Positions 22,546-36,965 of a DNA stretch of 64,000 nucleotides are shown piece by piece. Source of the DNA: Lophium mytilinum (taxonomy: Eukaryota); contig MU004194.1 of the NCBI GenBank assembly GCA_010093605.1, forward strand, positions 130,156 to 194,155, given 5' to 3'. The translations under genes and the position numbers were made by a program. The notes below the pieces were generated by a model. That model had not been told where the DNA came from, did not search any database, and worked only from the letters and a program-made list of their open reading frames with translations. Each line of letters opens with the position of its first letter. The stretch's first letter is position 1.

Positions 22546-25500
22546 TGTCAGACCGTCGCAGGGCGCCCGGCCGCTCCGTCGGGGCGGAGAGTGCTACTCG
22601 TGATGGAATGCTAGATGGGCGACGCGAGGAGGGCGTCTTGTTGGTCTCCAGCGGCGTCGTGTGTCCAGGGCGCGGTGTTGCGGGGGCCAAGTCTTGGGTG
22701 ACGTCGAGATGAGAGGCGTCGCTGGCAGGGTAGCGATATCGACGACGGCGCGGGATGGAAGGCTGCCAGTGGTGAAGGCGGGCGTGAATGGGCGTGTATA
22801 GAGGGCGGGCTTGGGAGGTGGATGGTGTGTGGTGTTGGCGTTGTGGTCGTGTTGGTCTCGGTCATGCTATTTGAGACACTCCGGCTGCGTCAAGAAGCTC
22901 GCCCAGCCCTGCCGATGTTTGCGCAGTTGCCACCTCCGCTTCGCGGGCCCACCCTGCTAATCCAATCCGTAGCTATCGGCCCATCGTCCGCGCGTGCATT
23001 TGATATTCCTTCACTACTGCACTGCAGAGAACATCCTCCCTCTGCGCTGGAAAGGGGTCGCCTGCGTCTGCAGGTACCGCACCTGTTCACCTGCCACAGC
23101 ATCACATGAATCGGCTATGGCCCACGGGGCTCTTCAGAGCCACTGCCACACAGCCACTCACCGCGCCCTGACTAGACACATCCGCTTGGGGCCATCGGGA
23201 TCGTCAACCCTCCGACCGTCCCGAATGCGACATCTGGGACCTTCACCGTGACACGCCGTTCCGCGGGTGCAGATACCTTGTTGCACGAGGCCGCACCAGC
23301 AGACGTTCATCGGGCCAGCTACACTGACTTCCAACTACAAGTCTCCTGCAATTGTTTGATTAAGGCAGATCTGTAGCTCTCTACAGGCATCTACACAGCT
23401 TTGCAATGTAGACACAATCCAGATTGCTGGATAGTAGACGCGACCCTGGTATGCGGTCCAGCAGTCACACCAAAGGTACAGTACCTACTGCGGGCTCTTG
23501 CGTTCAAAGTTTGTTTCATGTATGACTTGGGTACTTCTTGGAAATACTCGTCCAGCATCAAGCACATAATTTGAGCTTCAGAGCCTTGATCTTATGTATT
23601 GTATCGTTCTACTAGCTTTGACGAAGGCATCTAGTGCAACTCAAAATCTGGAAGAGTTGGGAGCTCCCATTCGAACCCACGAGAGGTTGCTAATCAATAA
23701 TTCGCTTTGCTATGGAGATCACGTGATAAGACATGACGGCGAGATGACCATTCTGTCTCTCTAGGATTACCTAAGCCTCTTTTGCTTTGTAGTCGAGCAT
23801 AGCTTTCATCAAGCACTCGAGTAAATGTGACATACGAAGAAAGGAATAGCGGAAACGCGAGACTACCTCAGGGGTAAACCCAAGAGTATGATGCTTGCAA
23901 AGTAGAGGGCTTCAAACGGTATACTCCACTCTTAAGCTAGTAATGCTCTGAATTTGAAAGAGCGGGCTCTACTCTCAGCTATACTTGCCTTGGAAGTATT
24001 GCATCGGAAGGGGTAGTAATTGCAGTGGGCCGTGACAGATTCGAGAACGGAGAACGCAGTATTTAGCCATGTCTGGGTGAGGAACATGTTGTGAACCGGG
24101 TTTTTGGCGGCTCTCTATATATGAATGTATTGTCTACACCTTCTAGTATATACTTTCCGCAGTATAAATAGTGCCCTGCGATTCGGTTATCCGTGCAGAA
24201 TGGACGAAGACTAGGGCGGGAGTGTCAAAATCGAATGGCCTGATGATCTTTAATCAGCAACGCCTGATAAGATCCGGTGATTTTCATTGATCGCAGATCC
24301 CATATTAAAGATTCCGAGTTATAGTAGCATTAGCGGATGAACAGGTGGCCCAATGTTACGGAAGGTGGTATGCCGCAATCGCAGGCTTTGCTCAAGGTAC
24401 GATTCAAGTAACAGGTTGGAAGAGGTGACGGACAACGGAGATAATTTCACCGGGCGGCCATGGCGGCAGAAATGACAAGAGTAACATAATGGAAGAGGTG
24501 GATGTCTGATTCTGAGGCCTTCGTTAACGAGTGGCTCACCGCAAAGCAAGGTACCCTCTACACAGAGCGTACTATGCCAAGTCCAGTACGGAACCGCTTT
24601 TTGGCTCACTGATACCGCATGCCATGGAAGAGAATGCGGCATATTTCTTATCTCCCTTGTCATCTGGGGCTCAACTTGCTCAAGTGATGCTGGTGGCCGG
24701 ATGCCAAAACAGGTAAGATCACCGAAGTGAAGAAATTTCGTAAATATAAAGCTTCCCGTGCGTAGTGGGTGTGCTGGCAGGTGATCTCGGGGAGATCAAT
24801 CCAATGCTCCGAGGGTAGCGCAAAAATGACGTACAGAACGTCCAAATCCGAGGCGTCACCCCAAGTATCGTGAAGAGATGAAATGGCAGTAGAGATATCA
24901 GGCGGTGTGTTGTAGATGGCAGTGGGACTTCAGGATCTGCAATCAGATCACCAGTGCATCGGAGGATCGGGGAGAAACGTCGGCTTGGTAAGCGTCTGGA
25001 CTCGGGGAGTCGAAACTGTTTGTCTTGGTGACATCCGACGTCGGGTATCGGCGATCGAAGAGTTGCGACTGTTAGATGCGAACCGTAATAGCGAAGGATG
25101 TTCGAGAGGAGAAGAAGGTGATTTTACCAACAATTCTGTAAGTGTACAATTAAGGGACTTGATGCATACAGTGATGCAACTGATGTAAAGACCGAATGGC
25201 CGGGACAACCCGTCTCCGCTAGTCACTTTATCCCAAGCAGCACAGGCAAGGCTTTCCAACTTAACGGTACTCGCCGACCAGCGATCACCTCTTGGGGACG
25301 AGTCAGTGCGGTGTGGGAAGCCAAGGCCGGTCGTAAGGTCTACCAGTGAGGGCCTGTGATTGCTCAATCTTCTTAATTTAGCATGGGAGCTCTGCTTGCC
25401 GGGATGGCCTCTGACCTGGACAGGTTCATTAGGCTCTGCCACCTCACATCTGTGCGATGTCTCGCCGCACATCGGTTCGCCGCTGGTGTACGCTGTGCTA

Positions 25501-27511
25501 ACGAAGTAAATGAGATGGACGGTGGGGGCTGAAGTCGGCGATTTGAGAATAGTGTGTAGCAAGTCTTGCTATTCGCTGCGCTGCATCTTAGCAAGCGTAC
25601 AAGGCTTTCATAGACGGAAAGATCCCCAACTTGAGACCTAGAGGCCCAGAGAAACATTTCGGTCCAGGCCACGGACATAACCCGGTCCGTAAAGTCCAGA
25701 CGATAGTAACACAACAAACGTATATATCTCTGGTATCTCGCAACACATCAGAGCCGACTCTTGAGCGCTCGGACGGCAAAGGTCTCCAGTAGCGCAACAG
25801 TAATGCGTGGTCTAGACTGGTTAGAAAGCATGCTCTGCGAATCATGGGTAGTAGTTACCGCACCGCAGCGTGCCCATGGTTATCGCGCAGCATGGGATGG
25901 CCATCCATTTAGAGTAACTCCAACAACGGAAATAGGAATTTGATTTTTTGCGCCGTTGAGCTTTCGGAGAGGCTTGTAGGCCACTCGTGTTGATAGGCCA
26001 GTGTGTCGATAAAGCAGGAAGTCGCACAACATGCTGCGCGTAGTGCGTTCACGTGAGGCTCTAGACAGACGAAGCATTCTGGGGCACTGCCTGTTGCTAG
26101 ACGGGCGGCTGCATGGCCCTGACAAGACGCAATCAACGACTCCAGATCCCCTACCTCTAGCAACTGACGATACCTCCCGACACTCCGAACAATCGTGACC
26201 CAGAGTGGCTGTAAAGAGATAACTATAGGAGAAGCAAACGTGGAGAAGGGTCCGTTCAGGAGCAAGAATGTCCAGAATCCCCGTAAACCATTAGACATCA
26301 GCTCTGGAAATTTCGTCCACGGAGAAGATCCGACGTTCGCTCCGAGCTCTCAATATCAGAGTGGCGCAGAGGGGCCAGAGGGCGTAGAGGTCCGCTTCGA
26401 GGCAATGTTTGAGGCCAAGCTCAACTACAGCAATACCTCGTGAAACTCCCTGGAATGGAGGACTGTACACGTGAGGCTCATGCCCGTCATCATCCAGGGG
26501 CCGAGGCAGCGGCTTCATGCATCGCGCGTAGCACACGGCGGCTCTCCTGGCTCTTCTCGATACACTCGCCGCTCTTCAGCAGTTGGCTGACCCACCGTTC
26601 AGCAGCGCCGAGGGCATTCAATCAGCGAGGACGACCCAGAGTGGAGGCGCCGGCCACTGGATGGCGGCCCTGTGCACGCCGACGGCGACCTTACAAGCGT
26701 GCAAAAGGAGGCCGGCAGTCAGGTGGAGGAGAATGTCCATGGCGGCGCTCGCAGCTGCGGATCCAGTGTAAACGGCGGCCGGGTGATAGCACACCCAAAC
26801 AGGCCTTGAGAATCTCCTGGGTCCAGCGGTCGAGCGAGTGCTGCAAGGCCCCGTGGTGTTGAGCGTTGCTGGTGGTGAATATGGGGGTGAGGTCTGAGGC
26901 GCATCGGGGTGCAGGTTTTGCCGCAGCAGAGCTAGGGCCGTCCCACTTCTCATTGTTACCCACCACCGTCAAGACGTCGAAAACAGCGTGAGCTTCGTCC
27001 CTCTCCAGTCGACAGTCCTGCTGCTCGACTGCGCCGCACCTCCCCACCGTTACACCACCTTCAACACGTCCGCCGCTCTTTACGACAGCGCTCGCCCCGG
27101 CCCGCCGTGTATCGCCTGCACGATCCCGCCCCCGCGTCATTCTCGCTGGCCTCGTTGTGCCGACAAACGTTGAACGACAGCCGTCAAAAATTTGGCACGA
27201 CGTCCCGGACGACTTTGCTGGGGAAAATGGTCGCCGATTTGTAGCACACCACGCCTGACAGGTACGCGAGGTTGAAGGTGACCTCCCCGATCTTCAATTG
27301 CACTCGCCGCCTGCTTTTGCTCTCCTCCACACAGCGCCGTAGGCTAACATGGCTCCATCGTCTAGAAAAGCGCTCCGGTCTCGCCCCAACTTCGCTCTCC
27401 CCCTCAGATCCTGTACCGGTACGGCGCCTGCTCTCTAGAGAGTGCGCTCTGTGTCCAGACCCCCCCGCAATCCCGCCTCCTCAAACCCATACTCTTCATC
27501 TTTTGCCTAAT

Positions 27512-30451
27512 ATGGCTTGGCAGCCGCTGGAGGAGCCCTTGAGGCAGCTTGCCCAGTGCCTGCGCGACTCGCTGAGCGGTCACGACAAGACAGCCCAAAA
27601 AAATGCAGAGCTTGTGCGTATCGTCTTCCCTTTCTCGCGCCCCACCCTGCTCACACGCCGTCTAGATGCTGAAGTCGGCAAAAGCGTCGCCGGACATCGA
27701 CAACTACCTTGCCTACCTCTTCTCAAATAGCCAGCCCCCGCCTATACTGAGCATGGGAGCCGAGCAATATCATGCAGTGCGGAGTGCGGCTGCCATCATG
27801 CTGAAGAACGATATAAGAACCTCTTACAAGACGATACCCGAGTCCACAAAATCGTACGTACGATCGATCATTCTGGTTGGCCTCCAGGACCCCAGCTCGC
27901 AGATCCGGAACTATGCAGGAAACGTCATCACAGAAGTCGTACGACAAGGCGGCATCATGGGATGGCCGCAAATTCTCTCCGAACTCATCTCATTGGTTAG
28001 CAACGAGGCGGGAAACGTCCCACCCCAAGCCCAAGAGGGGGCTATGAGTGCTTTACTCAAGATCTGCGAGGACAACAAGCATCAGCTGAAGCGGGAATAC
28101 CAAGGACAGCGGCCCATAAACTTCATCTTCCCGAAACTGTTAGAATTCACCACCAGCCCAACCGCAAAAGTCCGGGCGAACGCTCTTGCAAGCATTAATC
28201 TCTTCATCCCCGAAAAACCCGCTTCTGTCATCTCAAACTTGGACACATTATTACAACAGCTGTTCGTCCTGGCCGCAGACACCAGCGACGACGTCCGCAA
28301 GCATGTGTGTCGGTCTTTCATTCATATTGCGGACATTGCCCCTGAAAAGATTGTGCCCCATATGGCCGGACTTGTCGAGTATATGGTTGCCCAGCAACGG
28401 AGTGTTGATAACGCTGAACTGGCCTTGGATGCTGCCGAGTTCTGGCTCTGTCTCGGAGAAGACGAAAACCTCCGGAACTGTCTTGGACCTTATCTACCTC
28501 AGATTGTTCCTGTATTACTCGAAAGCATGGTCTACAACGAGGACGACATTCTTAGGCTGGAAGGCGGAGATGACGACGCCGATCTCGACGACCGGGAAGA
28601 AGACATCAAACCAGCATTTGCCACGTCTAAAGGCGCTCGCCTAGTCGCTGCATCGAACGGAGAGGCTGCCTCAGTCAACGGTACCAACAAGACTGCCGGC
28701 TTCGATGACGACGAGCTAAGCGAAGGAGAGCTTGAGGAGTACGATGATGATGATGACTTGGGAGATCCAGAAGAAACGTGGAACCTTAGGAAGTGCTCCG
28801 CCGCGGCACTTGATGTCCTGGCATCTGTGTTCCACGGACCGGTCTTCGCAGTCACGCTTCCATACCTCACCGATAATCTCAACCACGCAGAATGGCCTAA
28901 CCGTGAGGCCGCCGTCTTAGCTCTTGGGGCCATTGCGGATGGCTGCATGGACGAAGTGGTCCCACATCTACCTGTTCTAACTCATTACCTTGTCACACTA
29001 CTTCAGGATACCGAACCGGTGGTTCGTCAGATAACGTGCTGGTCGCTTGGGCGATACTCAGGATGGGCATCCCACCTAGACGAAGCAGGCAAGAGGGCGC
29101 ATTTCGAACCCATGATGGACGGCATTCTAAAGCGAATGCTGGACGGCAACAAGCGTGTCCAGGAGGCAGCCGCGTCAGCCTTTGCCAATCTCGAGGAGAA
29201 GGCGAATGTCGAACTGAAGGGATACTGCGCCGTCATAGTCCGTCAGTTTGTGGACTGCTTCGCAAGGTATAAGGATCGTAACATGTTCATCTTGTACGAC
29301 TGCGTGCAGACTCTTGCTGAGCATGTTGGGCCGGCGCTGGCAAAACCGGAGCTTGTCAGTATCCTAATGCCAGCACTCATCCAACGCTGGAACAAGGTGT
29401 CCAACCAGTCGAGGGAGATGTTCCCCCTGTTGGAATGTCTCTCATACGTTGCGACTGCTCTTGGCGACTCTTTCGCGCCCTTTGCAAGCCCAATTTTCAC
29501 TAGGTGTATCAACATCATCGCACAAAATCTCGAGGAAAACTACATGGCGAGCACGAATCCATCCATGGATCAGCCAGAGAAAGATTTCTTGGTGACGAGT
29601 CTGGATCTCCTCAGCGCAATCATCCAGGCCTTGGACGAGAGGAAAAGCACCGAATTGGTTACAGCATCGCAACCGAACTTCTTCGAACTGTTGACTTGGT
29701 GTATGAAGGACACCAACAACGATGTTCGACAGTCGGCATATGCACTGCTCGGCGATTGTGCCATATACGTTTTCCCCCAGCTCCAGCCATTCCTCCCGAC
29801 TATTCTGGAGGTTCTCCTCGATCAGCTGGATATCACACAGGCTCTGGCGACGGGCGACGACACGAGTTACTCAGTAATCAACAACGCGTGTTGGTCTGTG
29901 GGCGAGATCTCGATGCGGCAGCGGGAGGGCATGGCACCGTATGTCGACCGTCTACTCCAAAAGCTTGCCACGATACTCTTCAACAACAAGGTACCCGAGT
30001 CACTCAACGAGAACGCAGCAATTGCCCTCGGGAGGCTTGGTATCGGCAGCTCAGAAGCGCTGGCACCGCATCTCGGAACATTCGCCCCTCCGTTCATCCA
30101 GGCGATACGAAAAGTGCTGTGGACAGATGAAAAGGGGCATGCGCTGGAGGGCTTCAACAAGATGATCCTCTGCAACCCAGCCGCGATGGAGCAGTGTCTC
30201 CTAGACTTCTTCCTAGAGATGGCGAGCGCGTCATCAAGTTTCATTGCTGGGCCGTCAGCGGGTCAGGGTCTCCGCGAAGTATTCAAAGAGGTCAGTTGAT
30301 ATCGACAATATCAAAACTTCTGGGATAAGCTACTAATTTCTGATTGCAGGTGCTGGTCCGCTACAAGGCAATGATACCGACGTTTGACGAGTTCCTCAAG
30401 AACCTGCCGTCTGACAAGGAGCACAACCTGCGATCGTGGTCCAACTTGTGA
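27512..30451 (+). CDS. KAP104: Importin beta-2 / transportin-1
   Basis: Exons 27512-27613, 27666-30290 and 30350-30451. HEAT repeats, acidic loop followed by WNLRKCSAAALD, NKRVQEAAASAFA and ENAAIALGRLG. Confidence 0.96.
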
Positions 30452-33400
30452 ATAATCTCCCTTTACCTCGGGCTTTGGTGCATTCGGCGTACTGTTTCCT
30501 GGGAGCGGCATGATGCAACGACGGACAATGAACTTGGGGTGTGTGTGAGAGAGCGTGTGGGAGCCCGCACCGCGCTCGGGGATTGTGCGGTTGGTCTTGC
30601 ATGGGGCGGGAGGGACACAGCATTCCGGGCTGGCCTTTGGCATTTATATAGAAGATGGTCCAGCGTTTTATCTTCACGGGAGCAGGAAGGGGGTGGGGGA
30701 ACAAAGGCGGGTTGGGTTAGGTTGGGGCGAGGGGAGGAGGGCAAAGCAAAAAGCAAAACTCCGGTTTTCAGCAAGGGGCGGGCTTGTTGGAAGGGGGGCC
30801 ACGCTCTTGTTTTCCTCTTCTTCGATTACATTTCTGGCGTTTGCTGATTTCTGATCACGGATCACCACACTTAGTTTACATAGCCTTAGGTAGTGCTTCT
30901 TCTTCTTCATAACTGTTACAGTACTATCGGGTCTGGCAGAGCTGCCTTGTCCACTACTTCTCGTCTTCACTACTTCTGCGAACGTTTTTTGTCACAAGCT
31001 TCACATGCCCGCCCCGCGACTCTCACACTCCCTATGTATATCCACACCCGTTTCAGCCCGCGTCCATCCCGTCTGCGATCAGCCCCCGCGATCGGCAGGG
31101 CCTGTCTATCGGGGCGGGCTAGGCAACAGCTAAACTCACGTCGGCTGCAAGCAACTAGCTGGGTGCTGGGCTAGGGGTGAGAGGAGGGCGTTCGGCCCCT
31201 ACTCGGCCAGCACTTACAGTAGTTACCCACCAACTCGGCTTGCCGAACGAGCAACCCGCAGGGCGAAAAGCCGGGGCCGGGGCGGGGGTCGGGCCACGTT
31301 CCAGACCCACCATGGGCCGGCGAAGGGAAAAAGGCTATTTATACCCGTCGCTGCGGTTTGCGGTGCAGGACTTGGCTCAGCTGGGATATACAGTATAGTA
31401 GCAGACTTGAATGACGGGACGGGCATGTGGATTTGTTTGTTGTGCGGAGGGGAGGGTTCGTTAGGTGGGGTGGGGACGGGGTAGGGTAAGGTATTCCAAC
31501 GGTAGACCAAGGTTGATTTTCTTTCTTTCTGGAAAAGAGCAACAGGAGGATGGAACGGCTTGAGTTAGTGTTGTGGTTCTGTCTAGCCAAGCTAGGAGCT
31601 GTGTCGCGCCCGCGATGGTGCCTTGGATTCTGCCTCGTTTCAGTGTGCAACTTGCCCTAGCAAACTCTGGGATCGGGCGGTGAAGGAGCTGAAATCCTGG
31701 GTGGGTTGTTCCTTTCGCCGCGGATCGAGACCCTGGCTTTCTGCTCTGTCCTTCCCGTCCGACGGCCGTTGCGCTTCTCGCTTGATGTCGCGGCTTTGGG
31801 CGTAGCGGCGACCGGCGGCGCGGGTCGGACTGGAGAGGGTGGGAGCTAGGCACATGGCGTGTGTGGGAGCACGAGAGAGTCGTGCCGCTGCAGAGAAGAC
31901 GTGTGGAAGGGGGGCGCGGGCAGTTCGGGGAAGAACGGCGACGCACAGAGATTGGTTGGAGGAGCTGTCTGTGGCTAGAGCTGGACGGGACGGAATGGAA
32001 AATCTGAGGTGTTGTTTGCTTGCAATCGGTCGTTTAAAGCGGCTGCTAGCTCCCGGCTGACATTGCCTGAAGCTGTCTAGGACACCCTGGAAAACGGAGA
32101 CGTGATGTCAAGTCTACCGCGTCTGTTTCAGGCTCTAATTTGGAGCTTTTCGGAAACTATCTCTGTGCGGATCCAGCAAGCGTGGTTAGTGAGTGATCGC
32201 CCCTGCGCCGAAGTCACATTATCAGACATGGCAGCCTTGGCGCATGTTCGCAGCACGCGTTCGACACGCGGGAGCAAGTAGACTTCATGTGCCTGACGCC
32301 GTCTTGGGTGCGTGTTGCGAGCAAATGGGAGCGCGAAAGATGCCACAATCCGGTTCCCCAGAGACCCAGAGGCGCAGTCCCCTGGTCCCGGTGAGGTTTA
32401 TCTCCAAAAAATAGCCGCAACCTCACCTCCACGCCAGCGCCCCATGCGTGCCTCCATAACTACTTAGCCCGACACCTGCTACCTCTTTCTTTCGCTTGCA
32501 CCTGCTCAACCTCCACGATGCCACCTTGCCCAGCTCCGCGCAGAAACCCGCAACTTGCCTCGGCCGAATACATAGCTGCCATTGGCTCCCCCTCGACGAT
32601 GCGGCTGTCTCTCTTCGTATTTTCGCATCGCTCCACTACCCGACCCCAACGTCATAATTCAGCCTTATGCCGGGCTGCGGTCCGCAACGGTAACACGGCC
32701 TGTCAACAGCGGGACGTGGCCAGAGATGCTGTCACACCGGCGTGTCCAGGTCCTCTCCCGCCCTGACTTCACGCCCGTAGCCACAGTACCTATCTGTACC
32801 CAGTACAACGCCGCTACAGCAGACCGCTCCGCCGTCCCCCGCCGCCCCCGCCAGGCCCTGCTGCAATTCGGCTGCACCTCTCCAGGTTGATGGCTGCAGA
32901 CAGGGTGGGGGGAAGGGGAGGTTGGGAGGGACTTTTACCCAGCGCGCGGGCCAGCGGGCAGCAGCGTGCATTGTTGATGCCTACAGCACGTCCGGATACA
33001 GGTTGCAGCCCTCGCCTTAACTGACGTTTCCAATGCTCGAGCTGCCGAGTGAAGCATAGCAGCGTGGCATTGACTCCTGCGGCGGCGACGGCGCTCTTCA
33101 GCTGCGGGCCTGCGATGCATACCGCGAGCCCCCATATTGGCTGCCGCGATCAGCGCAAAGAGCAGACAATAGTCGAAAATGTCTCGACGGGCGCGTCTGG
33201 TGACTGGTGACTGTTGACTGCTGGCACTCATTGAAAGGCGCAGCAGACTCTATTATTAGCCCTTCGACGCGGGCCCCCCTGCGGGCCCCGTAGCGATCTC
33301 TCTCGTGCCTCGCATCAGATTATTATTTGCAACCGCAACCACGCCATGATTTGCCCAATGCCAGATCGCCCCCATCCCCCATCTCAACGGCGCCGGCGCA

Positions 33401-35031
33401 CTTGCAAACCCACCTGCCCGCCCTGTCGTCGCCCTTCGCGAAGGCCACACAGCTAGTGTGCGTGTGTGACCGGGCTCGTTCGCCGCGGCTGAAATGCTCT
33501 TTTTGTCCTCCAGTCCAAGCCCGTGGGCCCGCCGGCGTCGGGTCACCTAACAGGCCGTCGCCCACGAACCTGCATCTCGCGCGAGCCCAGTGCTCGGGGC
33601 AGACAGGGCCAGCGAGCAAAGCACGAATCGAGGGCGTGTGCGTGTGCTCGGAACGCTGCGAGAATGTGGCGCCGCCTAATGCACGCCAGCAGGTGAAGGG
33701 CCGGGAGCCAGCCTAACCGTCTCAACAGGGCCAAGCGGGTCAGGATGCGCAGGACCTGGACGTGAGGGGGAGAAGCGCCACGGCGGGATCTCTGGCGGGC
33801 TGTTCTTGCGGCACCCTCACTGGCATGGCTCTTCTCGCTCCACTGGCCGCGCTGGGAGTCGCTCGCTGGCCGTGGCCGTGGTCGTGGTCACGCTCGCCGC
33901 TCCTCGGGCCTCTGCTCACGCATGCGGGCAGGAGAGGGCTGCGTTCGGCGGTGGCGGCGGCGGTGGTGGGCGGACGTGGTGTGGCCACTCGGGGGTGGGA
34001 ATGGCAATGGGCATGGTCGGATGGTGGGCGTGGTGGCATGGGGAATGCTCGGGGTGAATGGGCCACAGTCCACCACGGGTGAGTCGAAATGGGTGCATGG
34101 CCACTACGGGGCAGCAGTCAGTCGGTGAATGCCCAGGTGGTCAACTCCAGTCTGAATCGGTGCTCGCGGTGCCGTCGCCCCATCAGTGTTGCAAGCGCGT
34201 CGAAAGAGGAGCACCAAGGCGCATCAAGCCCCCAGGCATCAGATTCACTTGCATCGACGCACTAATAGCACGCACTGGCTCGAGTCTGCCACGGACGGAC
34301 CACGGGCCTGGAAAGAGCTTGATCTCCCACGGGAGTTACACGGGGGCTATGTCATACGAGCCATATGGGCCCGCTGGATTGAAGGTAGCTCCCGCAGCCC
34401 TTCCTCCACCAGCCCACGGACCTCGTCCCAGCGGCGTCCCAGCGGCCGTGGTTTCGCCCAGGAGCTATTTGTAGCATGCTCAGTCTGCAGGCCCTCCCCC
34501 TGCCGCGCTTCTGGCTGCCTCGAGTAGCAGCAAGCTCGACAGACGGCCGCCGGCCCAGCATCGACAGCACCAGTCTTTTAAACCAGCCTCGTCCCGGCTG
34601 CATGCCTCCTGCAGGGGACCAAACCAATTCACTCGCTTTTGATTTCCCCCCTTACCCTCGTTTTGCAGACCAGCCAAAGTGACGCTGTGGCCCAAGGTCA
34701 CCCAATATCACTTCAGCCCTACACCACCACCATCTCGTCGCCGACCAGCTGCCTGCCGCTATTAAAGCTCACAGCTTCACGCCCAAGCCTCACGCCTCCA
34801 CAGCCTGCTGATTTAGTCATCGCCGTCCCGCACCCAATCTCAGCGCCGTTATCATCCCATTCTCCCACACGATCTGCAGCCCGCATACCCAGCCCCGCTG
34901 CCGACCGTTTCCTCCTTTCAGCCCTTGCACAAGCCTGGCGGAGCTCAAGAAGGAGCCTCTTCCAGCCGTTATTGAGACTCCATTGTCGACCATTTTAACC
35001 ACTACCCAAAGCATTCTTTATTTTGCCTGAA

Positions 35032-36926
35032 ATGGCGGGACCTGGAGGAGGGCCTTCGCGCCGCAGCCACACCAAGTCCCGAAAGGGATGCAAGACGTGC
35101 AAGAAACGCCATATCCGCTGTGACGAGACGTTTCCGCAATGGTGAGTTGCTCTGATTCCATGGGGACGCCCTCGTTGTCTCGGTGCTGATCAGTGACAGC
35201 CGCAACTGCACCAAGCACCAAGTACGCTGTGACTACATGGACAGCCCCTCCGCCAACGCTCCAGAGAGTCCAAAGTCTCCCCAGCAGCCCAATCTGCTGT
35301 GGACTGCAGAGATCGAGACGACCATTTCTATTTGGCAGCAGACGGACGAGTTCCCGTTCCCCGAACTGAGAGTCTATCCTCAGCCTCTCTGGCGAGCGTA
35401 CTCGAAGAGCGAGCTGCGTCTAGTCCACCACCTCTCATCCATCACTAATGAGATGTTCCGGAACCAAACGTCCAGGTTGACAACTTGGACGGACCTCATG
35501 CCGAAGTAAGCATTAAGCTGCCGACCGTTGGGTTCGTATTCGGCTGTGTCAGCCCACTGACCGACACCTCCAGATTTCTGAGCGTGGCGGCCTCGCACCC
35601 CTTCGTGATGCACTCCATTTTGGCCTTTTCCGCTTCGCATCTTGCCTGGATCTCGCAATCCAGCGACACGCGTAGCCTTGCGTTCCACCATGCCAGCATT
35701 GCCCTGAGAGGCCTCCACGAGGGCATCGCAAACTTCTCCAAGGCCAACTCGGACGCAGTACTGGCTTCGTCTCTGCTGCTCGCATGGCAAGCAACAGAGT
35801 GGTAAGTTATTCGCCTGTCCTATTTTGAGGTGAAACAAAGAGATTGCGGCTGACTGTTGTGCTTACCTTACAGGCGAGGATGGGCCTCCCTCGTCACCGG
35901 GACCAAGACTGTTTGTGATCCACCTTTTATCACTGCGAAGTCTCACTAACCATCTCGCAGGTTATCAGCGCAATGCAACCATGGAAGCATGAGTCGCTTT
36001 TCGCCGATTACATATCCGAGCAGGGTGCGATTCCTAACCAGGATTACATGAACCCCGCCGGGTCGATTGTTACCCCAGATGCTCGCCGGGACCAGCTTGC
36101 CACGATTCAGCTAATCCAAAGCTCGCTACAGCGCCTCTCGCCTTACCTGACGCAGTATGAACAGGAGGGAAAGTGGGTTGAACAGCTCAAGGCGCACATC
36201 GAGAAACTACGCATCTCGAATCCACCTCAAGGCTCCCAAGAGCAGTTCCAGCAGCTCTACTACCTCCGCAAATGGCTGTTCTGGGTTCCCATCTCTCTCC
36301 TCGCGGCCCGCCGAGGCGATGTCATAGTGCTTCTGGTCCTGGCCCACTTCTACGCCACAGCTTTGGCTCTGGAGCCCATGTTCTCAACCATCGGTGCGGC
36401 GTTCTGTGCAAACCTATCACTGCCTCCGCTAGAGGAGATAATCCGGATTGTCAGTACACTTCAGTCTACTCAGAGCTACAGCCAGCCTACACAGGCCGCT
36501 GTGCTGATGATGGACTTCCCTCGAGACCAGGCATCCTCATACCAAGCTCGACGCGACTGGCAGCTGCAGCAGGACGAACAACTCGAGTCAGCGCACCAAA
36601 CGCCATACGCGCTAGACACACTGAATCTAGAGTTTGAGAGCCAGATCGCGCAGTGCAACTACGGGGCCAGCCTTTCGCCAGCATTCGCACCGTCGCCGCT
36701 GAGCTACGTGCCCCCCGGGATCGTATCAGGGCAGACGTCGCCATACCTCGAGGTACCGCGGTCGATGGACGGGTTCAGGGGCGGGAGTCCGTACGTGTCG
36801 TCGCCGCTGGAATCTCCGGCCGTGGCACCCATGGCGTACGCGGCGCAGGACGAGCATGTGTACAGTTTTAGTATGCCAATGGGCTATCCGAGCGGGTTCG
36901 TGGCCACTCCCGCCGTCTGGACGTAA
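35032..36926 (+). CDS. Zn(II)2Cys6 transcription factor, UPC2/sterol-uptake-control-like family
   Basis: MAGPGGGPSRRSHTKSRKGCKTCKKRHIRCDETFPQC|RNCTKHQVRC gives a complete six-Cys cluster across intron 35142-35199. Fungal TF middle region FVMHSILAFSASHL...NSDAVLASSLLL; four introns. Confidence 0.93.
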
Positions 36927-36965
36927 CTGGGAAGAGAAGAAGGCTGAACGATATCGTGGAAACAG

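Noticed and set aside
30714..30727. Telomeric repeat or telomerase RNA template (GGGTTAGG)
   Set aside because: A single imperfect unit within a G-rich tract; not a full TAACCCTAA template.
30500..35000. Numerous short overlapping ORFs
   Set aside because: Expected in GC-rich non-coding DNA; R/P/A-rich, with no motifs or consistent exon structure.
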